From positions 1 to 64,000 of IMG/VR virus record IMGVR_UViG_3300033153_009093: a stretch of DNA of 64,000 bases, one strand, 5' to 3'. Origin of the DNA: a virus. The translations under genes were made by a program, and so were the position numbers. Of this stretch, positions 1-9,414 are shown one piece after another. Under the pieces are notes generated by a model that did no database searches, had not been told where the DNA came from, and saw only the letters and a list, made by a program, of their open reading frames with translations. Position 1 is the first letter of the stretch, and every line of letters starts with the position of its first letter.

Positions 1-252
1 AAAGGAGGGGTTAATATTAAAATAAATGTTGATTTAATTTTTATATATGTTATTATTTAGTGGAGATGGATTTTAGAAATGTTTAACGTTGAGGGGGCGG
101 GGGTATAATGGATTTGTGGTCTTTGGATCTGAAACGGAATAAAAAGGATATTACCTCATGATTTTTTTGAAACTATAAGTATGGGCGGTATCAAGTTAAT
201 GTATTTTGATATCATGAATGAAAAATAATAGAAATGAAACTGAGTATAAATC

Positions 253-636
253 ATGAGTGTTAGAAAACTACAGAAACTTGTTACTGACAATGAAATTTAT
301 CATTATAATGATAAAGGTAACAAAGTGAACGGGATTCATTTCAAGATCAGGGGGGACGCTTCTCATATAGATGGTAATGTAACTAATATTTGGGGTGATG
401 TTAGTAATATTAAGGGTAATGTAACTGACATTGAAGGGAATGTTAGTTATATTTGGGGAGATGTTACAAAACTTAGAGGGAATGTTAGTTATATTTGGGG
501 AGATGTTTCTTGTATCAGGGGAGATGTAACTAGTATCAGTGGCGATGTCAGTGGTATCAGTGGTGATGTGGATAAATGTGAACTTTCTACAGACGATAGA
601 CTAAATGGTATAAATATTTCTGAATTGATTCAATAA
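253..636 (+). CDS. Heptad-repeat (G-D/N-V-S/T-x-I-x) putative beta-solenoid protein
   Basis: About 10 tandem 7-aa repeats, e.g. GDVSNIK GNVTDIE GNVSYIW GDVTKLR; uses TGG; TAA stop. Confidence 0.7.
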   Translation: MSVRKLQKLVTDNEIYHYNDKGNKVNGIHFKIRGDASHIDGNVTNIWGDVSNIKGNVTDIEGNVSYIWGDVTKLRGNVSYIWGDVSCIRGDVTSISGDVSGISGDVDKCELSTDDRLNGINISELIQ

Positions 637-787
637 TAAATAATATTTAAAAGAAAAAATGCGTTTGGAAAACTTTGACACTCAAAAAAAGACAATATGT
701 AGTGCTTGTAGCGGTTATAAGCGATACAAAGGTAACAGCTGCGAATGTAATGTTAAATGAATACATTACCGTAAGCGGAAGAGAGAA

Positions 788-1633
788 ATGTTGATAGTTA
801 AAAATAGAAATAGGGAAGTTGCCGATTTTGCAAATATAAATTTATTAGGCGAATGTAACGCTAACTGTTTTTTTTGTTTAGGTAAAGATATCTCTGCGGA
901 ATTATATGGAAAAAATCAACTAAATGTTCATTATAATGAATGGAAATCATTTAGTGAGTTTTTATCTATATGTAAAAACAATAATATTAAAAAAATATAT
1001 TTTACAGGACAAACCGCTGATGGGTTGCAATATAAGTATTTACAAGAAGCTATAAATTTTTTACATAGAGAAAACTTTACAGTAGGCGTTAGGACTAATG
1101 GTTTATTAGCTGAACAAAAAATAAATATTATTAAACAATTTTCTGGGGGTATTGGATATTCAATACATTCCCTTAATATAAGATCCAATTATAAAATTAC
1201 TGGATCTTATATTATACCTAACTGGGATAAAATTATTCCATTATCTGGCAATAATGTTAGGGTATCAATAGTATTATGCAAATATAATATAAATGAATTT
1301 TTTGATATTATTAAATATTTATCTAAATTTAATAATGTTAGATATATTCAAGTTAGAAGAATATCGACTGATACCAGATACGAAGAATTAAAGAGTCATA
1401 TAGTTTTATACGAAGAATTATATAAGGAAATAAATAATATTTTTAATTCTTATGGTAATTTTTACGGTGCTCAACAGTTCAATATTTGCGGAAAAGAAGT
1501 GAATTTTTGGAGGACGGTTGAAACTACTGTCAATTCATTTAATTATTTTACCGATGGTACAATATCAAAAGAATATTTTATTGTAGAAGGGTATTTGAAA
1601 CATCGAAAAAATGATATACAACCCGAGGAATAA
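788..1633 (+). CDS. Radical SAM protein
   Basis: CxxxCxxC (CNANCFFC), FTGQ..D and RTNG motifs. Confidence 0.85.
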   Translation: MLIVKNRNREVADFANINLLGECNANCFFCLGKDISAELYGKNQLNVHYNEWKSFSEFLSICKNNNIKKIYFTGQTADGLQYKYLQEAINFLHRENFTVGVRTNGLLAEQKINIIKQFSGGIGYSIHSLNIRSNYKITGSYIIPNWDKIIPLSGNNVRVSIVLCKYNINEFFDIIKYLSKFNNVRYIQVRRISTDTRYEELKSHIVLYEELYKEINNIFNSYGNFYGAQQFNICGKEVNFWRTVETTVNSFNYFTDGTISKEYFIVEGYLKHRKNDIQPEE

Positions 1634-2318
1634 TTATTTAATTATTATGAAGATTTATAGTAAATTCACAGACTATTACGATCATGCAACAGGGTATTAT
1701 TCTAATGATGTAGTATGGAAAAGATGCATCAAAATGGATAACATTAAAGATGGAATATTCAATACTGAATATTCTAATGAAACCAATAGAACCCTTGTAA
1801 ATATTTGGAATGATTCTCCCAATATAAATTCAGATGAATTATTCATTGTCGGTTTTTGTGGTAAAATATATATTGCCATTTCAAAATATACTAATAATGA
1901 GTTAATAGGTTCATATATTAAACCTTTGAAGAAAGAAAATTTTAAGTACTGGGATTATCATAAATATACCGACTGGATGCAAAAATATTCTTATCAAGAC
2001 TTTTCAAATATCTTTATAGATATCAAAAGTCCTATTTTTATTATTAAAAATAGTTATATCGGATATTCATTATCTAAAAGAAATTATTTTGGGTATAATT
2101 TAATTATAAATCCTTGTTTAAGAGATTTTAAATTGCAGAGCGCATTCAATCCTGTTCAGGCTTATCAAGAAATTGAAATGTTTCTCAGTAATCAAATGGT
2201 CATGGTAGATGACCCGGATATTAAAAGGTCTGATGAACTAATTCGGGATTCTAAAGGTTTTAATAATTGGTCATTTAAACAACAAGGCCCGAAGAAAAGA
2301 AAGAGAAGGAAAATATGA
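1611..2318 (+). CDS. Hypothetical phage protein
   Basis: 235-aa ORF, 5 TGG, no TAG; likely start at internal MKIYSKFTDYYD. Confidence 0.6.
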   Translation: MIYNPRNNYLIIMKIYSKFTDYYDHATGYYSNDVVWKRCIKMDNIKDGIFNTEYSNETNRTLVNIWNDSPNINSDELFIVGFCGKIYIAISKYTNNELIGSYIKPLKKENFKYWDYHKYTDWMQKYSYQDFSNIFIDIKSPIFIIKNSYIGYSLSKRNYFGYNLIINPCLRDFKLQSAFNPVQAYQEIEMFLSNQMVMVDDPDIKRSDELIRDSKGFNNWSFKQQGPKKRKRRKI

Positions 2319-2647
2319 TAAAAGTAATGATTCCGAGTGCTCCTGTATATATAGCTTTCGATACTGCAAGTGGATATGATATTATTATAACTGTAACAAG
2401 TGTTCAGTATTTTTTTTCATTTTACAGAGAATTAAATAAGTGCTGTCATGTAATTAAATTCTCTAAACATGTTAATATAGATGAACTGGAAAAAAGATGG
2501 GTAGGTGAATTTTTTGCTTGTGAAATTTACGCTAATGTAAATCATTTGTATAATAAAAGCGATATTTTAAATTTCTTTAATATAATGGCCATTGATACTA
2601 ATTATAATTATATGGGCGAACTTGATAAATTGCGATATAATAGTTGA
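2315..2647 (+). CDS. Hypothetical protein
   Basis: ATGA overlap with upstream gene. Confidence 0.55.
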   Translation: MIKVMIPSAPVYIAFDTASGYDIIITVTSVQYFFSFYRELNKCCHVIKFSKHVNIDELEKRWVGEFFACEIYANVNHLYNKSDILNFFNIMAIDTNYNYMGELDKLRYNS

Positions 2648-2674
2648 CGATATTCAAAAAGGATATTTATTAAA

Positions 2675-2866
2675 ATGAAAATATTAGTAATAAAAATTAT
2701 AGGAAGTCTATTATTAACAATATCATTTATTATCATTTATGATATTATTTTTTATTACACTTATGGTATTAATAATACTTCTATGTGTATATTATTTTTT
2801 ATAAACGGAAGTATTATTTCGGCTCTTATGAATCGATTGATAAAATATAAGGATAAATTTAAATGA
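2675..2866 (+). CDS. Small membrane protein
   Basis: Two hydrophobic segments. Confidence 0.5.
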   Translation: MKILVIKIIGSLLLTISFIIIYDIIFYYTYGINNTSMCILFFINGSIISALMNRLIKYKDKFK

Positions 2867-3090
2867 GTATATCAATTGTTAATATTAATAAAATTGAAAG
2901 GGTAGTTATTCAATGGCCTGCGGATGATCAAAGTGGTTTTAAAAAAGCAAAAACTGAACTAAAATCTATTTATGGAAATAGTATGGAATATATAACTTTT
3001 CTTTTTGGACTGAAAAAAGAAAACGGAAAATTCATTCATGAATGGACTGTAGATATCGTTACTAAAATGTATTGTAGAAATAATAAGTAA
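2863..3090 (+). CDS. Hypothetical protein
   Basis: ATGA overlap with upstream gene. Confidence 0.5.
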   Translation: MSISIVNINKIERVVIQWPADDQSGFKKAKTELKSIYGNSMEYITFLFGLKKENGKFIHEWTVDIVTKMYCRNNK

Positions 3091-3138
3091 AATATACTTA
3101 TCAAATAAATATTATTCAATTTCAATTAAAGGTATTAT

Positions 3139-3945
3139 ATGTTAAATGAAAAATGGACACCTATTGAAGGTTATGACGGAAAATATCATGTTTCTAATAA
3201 AGGAAATATTAAATCTTTAAAAGATTCTGACAATCCTAAACTACTAAAACTTTCCAAAATATCCAGCGGAGAATATAGAGTCAATTTAAGTAATAATGGT
3301 ATGACTACGGTATATAATGTTGGTAGATTGGTAGCTCATTATTTTTGTGGCAATGATGGTAGAAGTGTCAATTGCTGTAAAGCAGTCCATGTCACTAATC
3401 TTCGTTTAGATTATAAAGACAGTGATAAAAGTAATAATTGCTATTCTAATCTTAAATGGACTATCATTAAATTAAAAACAACAAATGATTCTGATGAAAA
3501 AGGGCATTATACCGAAGCCGTTTCATTTAATGAATGTAACGCTTTTATTGAGACGGCAATAAAAGCCCATAAGGTTATTTTATGTTATGTATACAATTCA
3601 TATGACATGCCTAAAACGTGCGAACAAGCTTTTGTAGCGGCATACAACTACACCAACCATAAAAATCAATGTTATATCTGTACAAATGGTTATAGTTACA
3701 AAAATGCCCGACCAATGATAAAATTGTATAAAATGAAATCCCCTCCTAATGTGGTTAACTCGTTAATAAAAAATAAATGGGAAATTAATTCTACTGGCAA
3801 TTGGACAAATTCTGATATTGATTTAATTTTTACAAACAATATGTTTTTGAATTGTCACAAAGATGTTGTTAAAAAGCCTGATGGAAATTTTTACACCGTT
3901 AAAGGTAATCAGAAACTGTTGTCTGATTGGGTAGAAGAGCGATAA
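3139..3945 (+). CDS. NUMOD4 / degenerate HNH protein with unknown C-terminal domain
   Basis: EKWTPIEGYDGKYHVSNKGNIKSL (NUMOD4-like); LDYKDSDKSNNCYSNLKW resembles HNH with His replaced by Tyr. Confidence 0.7.
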   Translation: MLNEKWTPIEGYDGKYHVSNKGNIKSLKDSDNPKLLKLSKISSGEYRVNLSNNGMTTVYNVGRLVAHYFCGNDGRSVNCCKAVHVTNLRLDYKDSDKSNNCYSNLKWTIIKLKTTNDSDEKGHYTEAVSFNECNAFIETAIKAHKVILCYVYNSYDMPKTCEQAFVAAYNYTNHKNQCYICTNGYSYKNARPMIKLYKMKSPPNVVNSLIKNKWEINSTGNWTNSDIDLIFTNNMFLNCHKDVVKKPDGNFYTVKGNQKLLSDWVEER

Positions 3946-4014
3946 TCCATAAATAGAATTGCCGGTAGTTTATAGTTATCAGTAATTCTATTTTTAAAAT
4001 AATTTATATTATAT

Positions 4015-4386
4015 ATGATACATAATATTAAAGCAGACTCATTAATTGATAGCGCAAAACTAAAATATTTGATTATTTGTATTATATCAATTCCAAAAAC
4101 CCCCCATTTTCAAAAAGACTTTACTAATTTATCTCTGGAGGAAATTGAAAAAATATATGGTAAAGAAGATGATCGTATGGTATATTCTTATGCAGCAAGG
4201 GGGCTAGGTGACATGACTATCCCAAAAGTAATTAGTCCCGATCCATTACCAAAACTTCGATTGTTTGATATCGAAATAATATTAAAATCTTATATTTATC
4301 CTCATGAATGTTGGGTATTTTTATATCCTAATAAATATTCTCAATCAAAACAAAAAAGAATTATTATATTTAAGAATTGCAAATAA
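4015..4386 (+). CDS. Hypothetical protein
   Basis: 123-aa ORF in co-oriented gene run. Confidence 0.5.
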   Translation: MIHNIKADSLIDSAKLKYLIICIISIPKTPHFQKDFTNLSLEEIEKIYGKEDDRMVYSYAARGLGDMTIPKVISPDPLPKLRLFDIEIILKSYIYPHECWVFLYPNKYSQSKQKRIIIFKNCK

Positions 4387-4449
4387 TGTCAGTTTAAATT
4401 CTGAATATATCACTAATATTACAATTACAAAATTAAATAATTATTAAAA

Positions 4450-4641
4450 ATGAAATGCAAAAGGGAAATAATAGATCATTCTAAAGCAAAATGCAAATAT
4501 TGTAGAAATAATATAAAAAAAGGGGAAAATGTATTTATCTTAAAACAAGTTCATGTATCCCCAAATTTTGTAAATTTAATATTTCATTATAACTGCTTTA
4601 ATGAAATAACAAGGACTTTCCATAATGGATATTTAACTTAA
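4450..4641 (+). CDS. Small putative zinc-binding protein
   Basis: CKYC...FHYNC (CxxC/HxxC). Confidence 0.55.
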   Translation: MKCKREIIDHSKAKCKYCRNNIKKGENVFILKQVHVSPNFVNLIFHYNCFNEITRTFHNGYLT

Positions 4642-4980
4642 ATGTACACTATAAAAATAACTTACAAAACTGGGAATAGTTTTGGTTCTCATACTGAAAT
4701 AGATTTAATTGGTGCCTGCTGGGAAAATATAAATAAGGCAGGTGAAACGCTAGAAAAAATAAGAATCCATAATAATTATTTTAATGATAAAAATAATTAT
4801 AAAAAAACTTTTCATAAGAACAAAGAACTTGAAAAGCATTCAGAATATTCTATTGCAATAGAATCTGATAATAATGAAAAAATAATTATTACCGCTTTTT
4901 GGCGGGGATATTTCGAACGTTTAATATCTGCCGAAATTGCTTTATATGATCCTGATAATGATTACATTGTTGAATTTTAA
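4642..4980 (+). CDS. Hypothetical protein
   Basis: Abuts previous stop codon. Confidence 0.55.
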   Translation: MYTIKITYKTGNSFGSHTEIDLIGACWENINKAGETLEKIRIHNNYFNDKNNYKKTFHKNKELEKHSEYSIAIESDNNEKIIITAFWRGYFERLISAEIALYDPDNDYIVEF

Positions 4981-4995
4981 AATAATAAAATCGTC

Positions 4996-5472
4996 ATGAA
5001 AATACGAAAATGTAAATCTATTTGTAAAAATTGTATAGGTTCAAAATGTGTCGATTTAATACCATTTAGATTATTTTATAAATGGGAAGGATATAGTGGG
5101 TTTGCATATGATTTTATTACAGACGATGAAATCATAACAGCATTTTCATATATATCATATTGTGACATTGAAAAAGAATGGCAAGATGATATAACTCTAT
5201 ATGAAACAAAAATGGTACCAGATAGCATTAAACACGCTATAAGGATTGCTGCATTAGTTGAAGCTATTCGGGACGGGAAAGGTATAGATCCGGTTGCCTT
5301 TGATACCTACGCTCATCTTTCGCCATCTTGTATTTATGATGGTAATCATAGAATACGAGCATTACAATATCTTAAATTCGATTTTTTTCCAGCAAATTTA
5401 AGTGGATTAGTTACGGAATTAAATAAATTTCGTAGAAAATATTATAGACAGCAGATAAAAATAGTTATTTAA
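4996..5472 (+). CDS. ParB/Srx-like domain protein
   Basis: IYDGNHRIRAL motif. Confidence 0.6.
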   Translation: MKIRKCKSICKNCIGSKCVDLIPFRLFYKWEGYSGFAYDFITDDEIITAFSYISYCDIEKEWQDDITLYETKMVPDSIKHAIRIAALVEAIRDGKGIDPVAFDTYAHLSPSCIYDGNHRIRALQYLKFDFFPANLSGLVTELNKFRRKYYRQQIKIVI

Positions 5473-5488
5473 ATAAGAAAAATTTAAT

Positions 5489-5986
5489 ATGAATAAAATA
5501 CTTTTTACTTTACAAATTCATTCGGTAGTTGACTTAATTACAAATAGTTCCTCTGAATTATTTGTTGGTACATATGATTCAAAAAATACAGTAATTGAAT
5601 TAATTAGATCCGTATATCCTAATTATTTAGAGGAATACGAAGAAGTTAAATCAATTGATGAACTTTCTATTGAAGAATTAGAAGATTATATTCAATATAA
5701 TTATATGTATACTTATAAATACTTTGATTTGAAATTAGATAAATATGTTTATCAGCATACACCGCCTCATATAATTCCGGGGTTTAAACCTGAAGAAATG
5801 TTTGATACCCAATGTTATAGTACTATATATGTTCAAGATTTTTTTGTAGAAGATAATTATGATAGAATTATTAATAATCTTGATCCCGAAAAAAAAATGT
5901 TTTTTCTTTTTTCAAAAGGAGATAATCCTAATTGGGATATTCAGAAAAAATTATCTGAAATAATGTCAAGATATCACTTAGGATAA
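5489..5986 (+). CDS. Hypothetical phage protein (SVVDLITNSSSELF motif)
   Basis: Distinctive N-terminal TNSSSE motif recalled from phage proteins near radical SAM genes. Confidence 0.55.
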   Translation: MNKILFTLQIHSVVDLITNSSSELFVGTYDSKNTVIELIRSVYPNYLEEYEEVKSIDELSIEELEDYIQYNYMYTYKYFDLKLDKYVYQHTPPHIIPGFKPEEMFDTQCYSTIYVQDFFVEDNYDRIINNLDPEKKMFFLFSKGDNPNWDIQKKLSEIMSRYHLG

Positions 5987-6030
5987 AATTAATTTAATAA
6001 ACAATAGGCTATTAAAATGCCAGAAAAATT

Positions 6031-6342
6031 ATGAAAGGTTATTTGGGCGAAATAATTATAAATATTAAAGATAGTAAATTTGCACATTATAAAATTGCAG
6101 ATTGGGCGAAATTTTGGATTGAAAATTATAGTCAAATTGATGGTGATCATCATAAAGCTAGAATATTAGATCAAACTTTACAAATTTTACATAAAACACC
6201 TGTTATTATAACGCTGGCAAAATGGAAAAATGGACACGAAGAATATAGATTTTCGTTAGGTAAAAAAAGTAAATCCTATTTAAATTTTTTAAAATTATAT
6301 GAAGAAGGTATATATGCTTGGTATAATGGATTTGATGAGTAA
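6031..6342 (+). CDS. Hypothetical phage protein (QIDGDHHK motif)
   Basis: 103-aa ORF, several TGG. Confidence 0.55.
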   Translation: MKGYLGEIIINIKDSKFAHYKIADWAKFWIENYSQIDGDHHKARILDQTLQILHKTPVIITLAKWKNGHEEYRFSLGKKSKSYLNFLKLYEEGIYAWYNGFDE

Positions 6343-6407
6343 ATGTCAATTCTTATAAATTTATAGTTTGTAAAACTATCTTACTTAAATTACATAATTT
6401 ATTAACT

Positions 6408-6432
6408 AAAGCGACTATATGTCGCTTTTTTT
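6408..6432 (+). terminator. Intrinsic terminator
   Basis: aaagcgac-tatat-gtcgcttt followed by T run. Confidence 0.75.
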
Positions 6433-6433
6433 A

Positions 6434-6462
6434 TTGACAAATTAAAATTTATAATATATTAT
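6434..6462 (+). promoter_or_regulatory. Sigma70-type early promoter
   Basis: TTGACA-17 nt-TATTAT. Confidence 0.7.
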
Positions 6463-6559
6463 ATTCATATACTATTCAACAATTTTATAGTTCAATCGGG
6501 TCAAATTTTGAATATATAACATCTAATAAACTGCACATCATAGTTAAAAGGATTAAATT

Positions 6560-6772
6560 ATGAGTCTACAACCACCTAAATGCACTCAGCCAAATAGAAG
6601 GGATAGTTTTACAATAGAACCCGGTGCTGATCTATTTATAGAAACATCAAACCATAAAACTATTAGAATTGATGTTCGTGATGATTGTATAGAAATTTAT
6701 CAATCAAATGGAACTAAAATTGAATTGTGTACCTTCGGAGGCATGGCGGGAGTAAGGATTGTGGGAAATTAA
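6560..6772 (+). CDS. Hypothetical protein
   Basis: AAAGGA RBS, downstream of promoter. Confidence 0.6.
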   Translation: MSLQPPKCTQPNRRDSFTIEPGADLFIETSNHKTIRIDVRDDCIEIYQSNGTKIELCTFGGMAGVRIVGN

Positions 6773-6839
6773 ATAGGAGCGCAGAAAAATAATAAAGGAG
6801 GGAGGTAGAATATGCACTCCTTTATTATATCAATCGATT

Positions 6840-7079
6840 TTATTTACAGTCTGGCCGTAATACTTCAATCATTTCAGCTAATGTTACAGGTGAATTCATA
6901 ATACACTCATCATTCTGAAGTAACTTTTCAGAAGTAACACAACTATGTTCTTTCATATATTCGATAAGTAATTTAATTACTTTATTCTTTTTAGCTGCTG
7001 ACAAGTTAATACTAATAGTCATTTCATTATTATAAATTTTAAAATCAACTTCATCATCTTCTATTAAATAGTTTGGCAT
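6840..7079 (-). CDS. Hypothetical protein
   Basis: Abuts the Hen1-Pnk stop codon. Confidence 0.55.
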   Translation of the reverse strand: MPNYLIEDDEVDFKIYNNEMTISINLSAAKKNKVIKLLIEYMKEHSCVTSEKLLQNDECIMNSPVTLAEMIEVLRPDCK

Positions 7080-9209
7080 TTAAAATCTCTCAGCTGCATT
7101 TCCTACATTAATAACATTAACGCCTAGCACATTCCAACAACATTCAATAACTTGTTTTCTATCATCAATTGCCGCCAATACGTCATACTTGTATCTAATA
7201 TGATTATCAAACAATTCAGTTTTAATAAAATAATCCTTTCTTACATCTCCTGTTTTTCGCATGAATAAATCTTCATTTCTTATAGTAGGATTTACAAAAG
7301 ATTGTAACCATTCCAAAGTATCTACTCGACAAGAATCATCTCTGCCTGATAAAAATATTATTTTATAATCATTTAAATATTTCAATCCATTTATAATATT
7401 TATTACATGTTCATTTGGAATATCTGTTAAAACTTTAGAATAATCAAATATGACTCTATGTTTGTTTAAAGCTAATGTACCATCAATATCTACAATGTAA
7501 ACTTTTACGTTACCTTCAATAGGTTCATATTTGCGTACATATTGTCGCTGATAATTAATATATTGTTTAAGTAATACCTCATACCCAACTCCGCCTAAAC
7601 GCTGTCTATCGCGCTTTAAAAGTTCTTCAAACTCTACAGGAAAAGCTTTAATGACTATTTCATATCCACGATCTTTTAATTTTTCAATTAATTTATTTCG
7701 ATAATGTTCATTAAGGTTTGTATCAGATAAAACGACATTCCATTTATCTTTTATAGCTTTATCCAATTGTTTATTCCATTCATTAGTTACTGCGCTTTCG
7801 TTTCGTTTTGTAAATTTATAGTTATTCCAATTCTTTTCAACGCCTTTAAATCTTATATTATCTCTATTAATTTCTACCCATTTATAAGGTCTCTTTCTAC
7901 AAAATGCTTCTGCAAATGTAGATTTGCCGGAAGCCGAACAACCAATAGTAATAATTACTTGAGGCTTAATATTCATATTAGTTATTATTAATCCATGTGT
8001 TGTATATTCATTATTTACAGAATCCCCAATATTAACAAATTCATATGTATAAGAATTATTATCGGAATTTAAAACAGAATTTATCCAGTATCTAAATCTA
8101 TTTGATGACATTTCCCATTTATGATCATCGTCCCTCATTTCCTCACTACTTAATAAATAATTTTTATTAAAATCTTTATTTGGAGTTGTAATGAAAATTT
8201 GATGAAAATTTAATTTTAAAACTTTATTTATTAAATCTTCTGCTTCTATTACTGACATATGTTCTATGACTTCTGTAAGCAATATATCAACTTGGCTTTC
8301 GTTTTTATATTGTTCAATGTCAGTATACGTTTTTACATCTAACTGTCTAATTTCTGCTTTTTTATCAATAACATTTATTACATCTGATTTAATATCAATT
8401 GCATGATATGTAAATTTATTTTTTCTTGTTAAATTAAATACGTATAAACCTTCACCGCAACCGATATCTAAAATACTTCTATCATTAGATAAGTATTTTT
8501 CAATAAATCTTAATCGCTGAAAATTAACTGATCCATTGCAAAGACTTATATTATCGCCTTCTAATAGCTCTTTATGTTCATTGAATTTATTTTTGTCTTG
8601 TAAATAATTTCTTGCAAAGATATATCTTAAAAAGTAAGGCAACTCCAATTTATTAATAATATTAATATACTTAATTAAAAATGCATCATTTATTTTTGCA
8701 ATATAAGAACCTTCCTTACCTGATAAAAATAAACAGGATAACATTGCCATATTAATTATTTCATTTAATGTAGTATTAGGATCATAAAATGAAATTCTAT
8801 ACGTATCAATGTCAATTACTTCATAAGTCATATCAATGTTTAAATGGGCTTTTAATTGTTTTAAAACTCTTGAACTTTTAGTTGTTACATATTCTAAAAC
8901 AATTTGCTGACCGGCTTTTGTATCATATTCGGATACTTCTTTTATAGTACTTCTTAAAAACTCTGAAAGTAAACTAAGATAAACTAAAGGAGAACTAAAC
9001 TTACTTTGCGAAAGGTATTCGAAATTTTCTTTTGAAAATGAATTAGCGTCTTCGCCATCTTTAAAAAATAAATTATATTGATTGTTGTCGCTAAACCAAC
9101 CAATCCCTAACCCTTGACGAATAGGCCTTGTTGAGATTCCTGAGTGAGGATTTTTATAAATCGCCCATGAAAAATTCTCACTATTTGAAAAAATTTTTAA
9201 TAATGCCAT
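7080..9209 (-). CDS. Hen1-like RNA 2'-O-methyltransferase fused to T4-type polynucleotide kinase/3'-phosphatase
   Basis: Hen1-like N-terminus; LDIGCGEG, TEVIEH, TTPNKDFN, DDHKWE; P-loop GCSASGKST; HAD motif IVDIDGT; 10 TGG, no TAG. Confidence 0.85.
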   Translation of the reverse strand: MALLKIFSNSENFSWAIYKNPHSGISTRPIRQGLGIGWFSDNNQYNLFFKDGEDANSFSKENFEYLSQSKFSSPLVYLSLLSEFLRSTIKEVSEYDTKAGQQIVLEYVTTKSSRVLKQLKAHLNIDMTYEVIDIDTYRISFYDPNTTLNEIINMAMLSCLFLSGKEGSYIAKINDAFLIKYINIINKLELPYFLRYIFARNYLQDKNKFNEHKELLEGDNISLCNGSVNFQRLRFIEKYLSNDRSILDIGCGEGLYVFNLTRKNKFTYHAIDIKSDVINVIDKKAEIRQLDVKTYTDIEQYKNESQVDILLTEVIEHMSVIEAEDLINKVLKLNFHQIFITTPNKDFNKNYLLSSEEMRDDDHKWEMSSNRFRYWINSVLNSDNNSYTYEFVNIGDSVNNEYTTHGLIITNMNIKPQVIITIGCSASGKSTFAEAFCRKRPYKWVEINRDNIRFKGVEKNWNNYKFTKRNESAVTNEWNKQLDKAIKDKWNVVLSDTNLNEHYRNKLIEKLKDRGYEIVIKAFPVEFEELLKRDRQRLGGVGYEVLLKQYINYQRQYVRKYEPIEGNVKVYIVDIDGTLALNKHRVIFDYSKVLTDIPNEHVINIINGLKYLNDYKIIFLSGRDDSCRVDTLEWLQSFVNPTIRNEDLFMRKTGDVRKDYFIKTELFDNHIRYKYDVLAAIDDRKQVIECCWNVLGVNVINVGNAAERF

Positions 9210-9219
9210 AATATTTATT

Positions 9220-9414
9220 TTAAGTTAATTGATTGTTGACTATATCAATAAGTGAATTAAGATCTGTAGATTTGTAAGTATTAATATATTGTGGGTCACC
9301 TCCATATTCAGGAATTTCAAATAAAATATAAATATTATATATTCTATAAATTTCTACACTATCAATATTTATAGATTGTCCAGATACTAAATCAGATAAT
9401 TGGTTTAATTGCAT
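9220..9414 (-). CDS. Hypothetical protein
   Basis: Start overlaps ligase stop (TAATG). Confidence 0.55.
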   Translation of the reverse strand: MQLNQLSDLVSGQSINIDSVEIYRIYNIYILFEIPEYGGDPQYINTYKSTDLNSLIDIVNNQLT

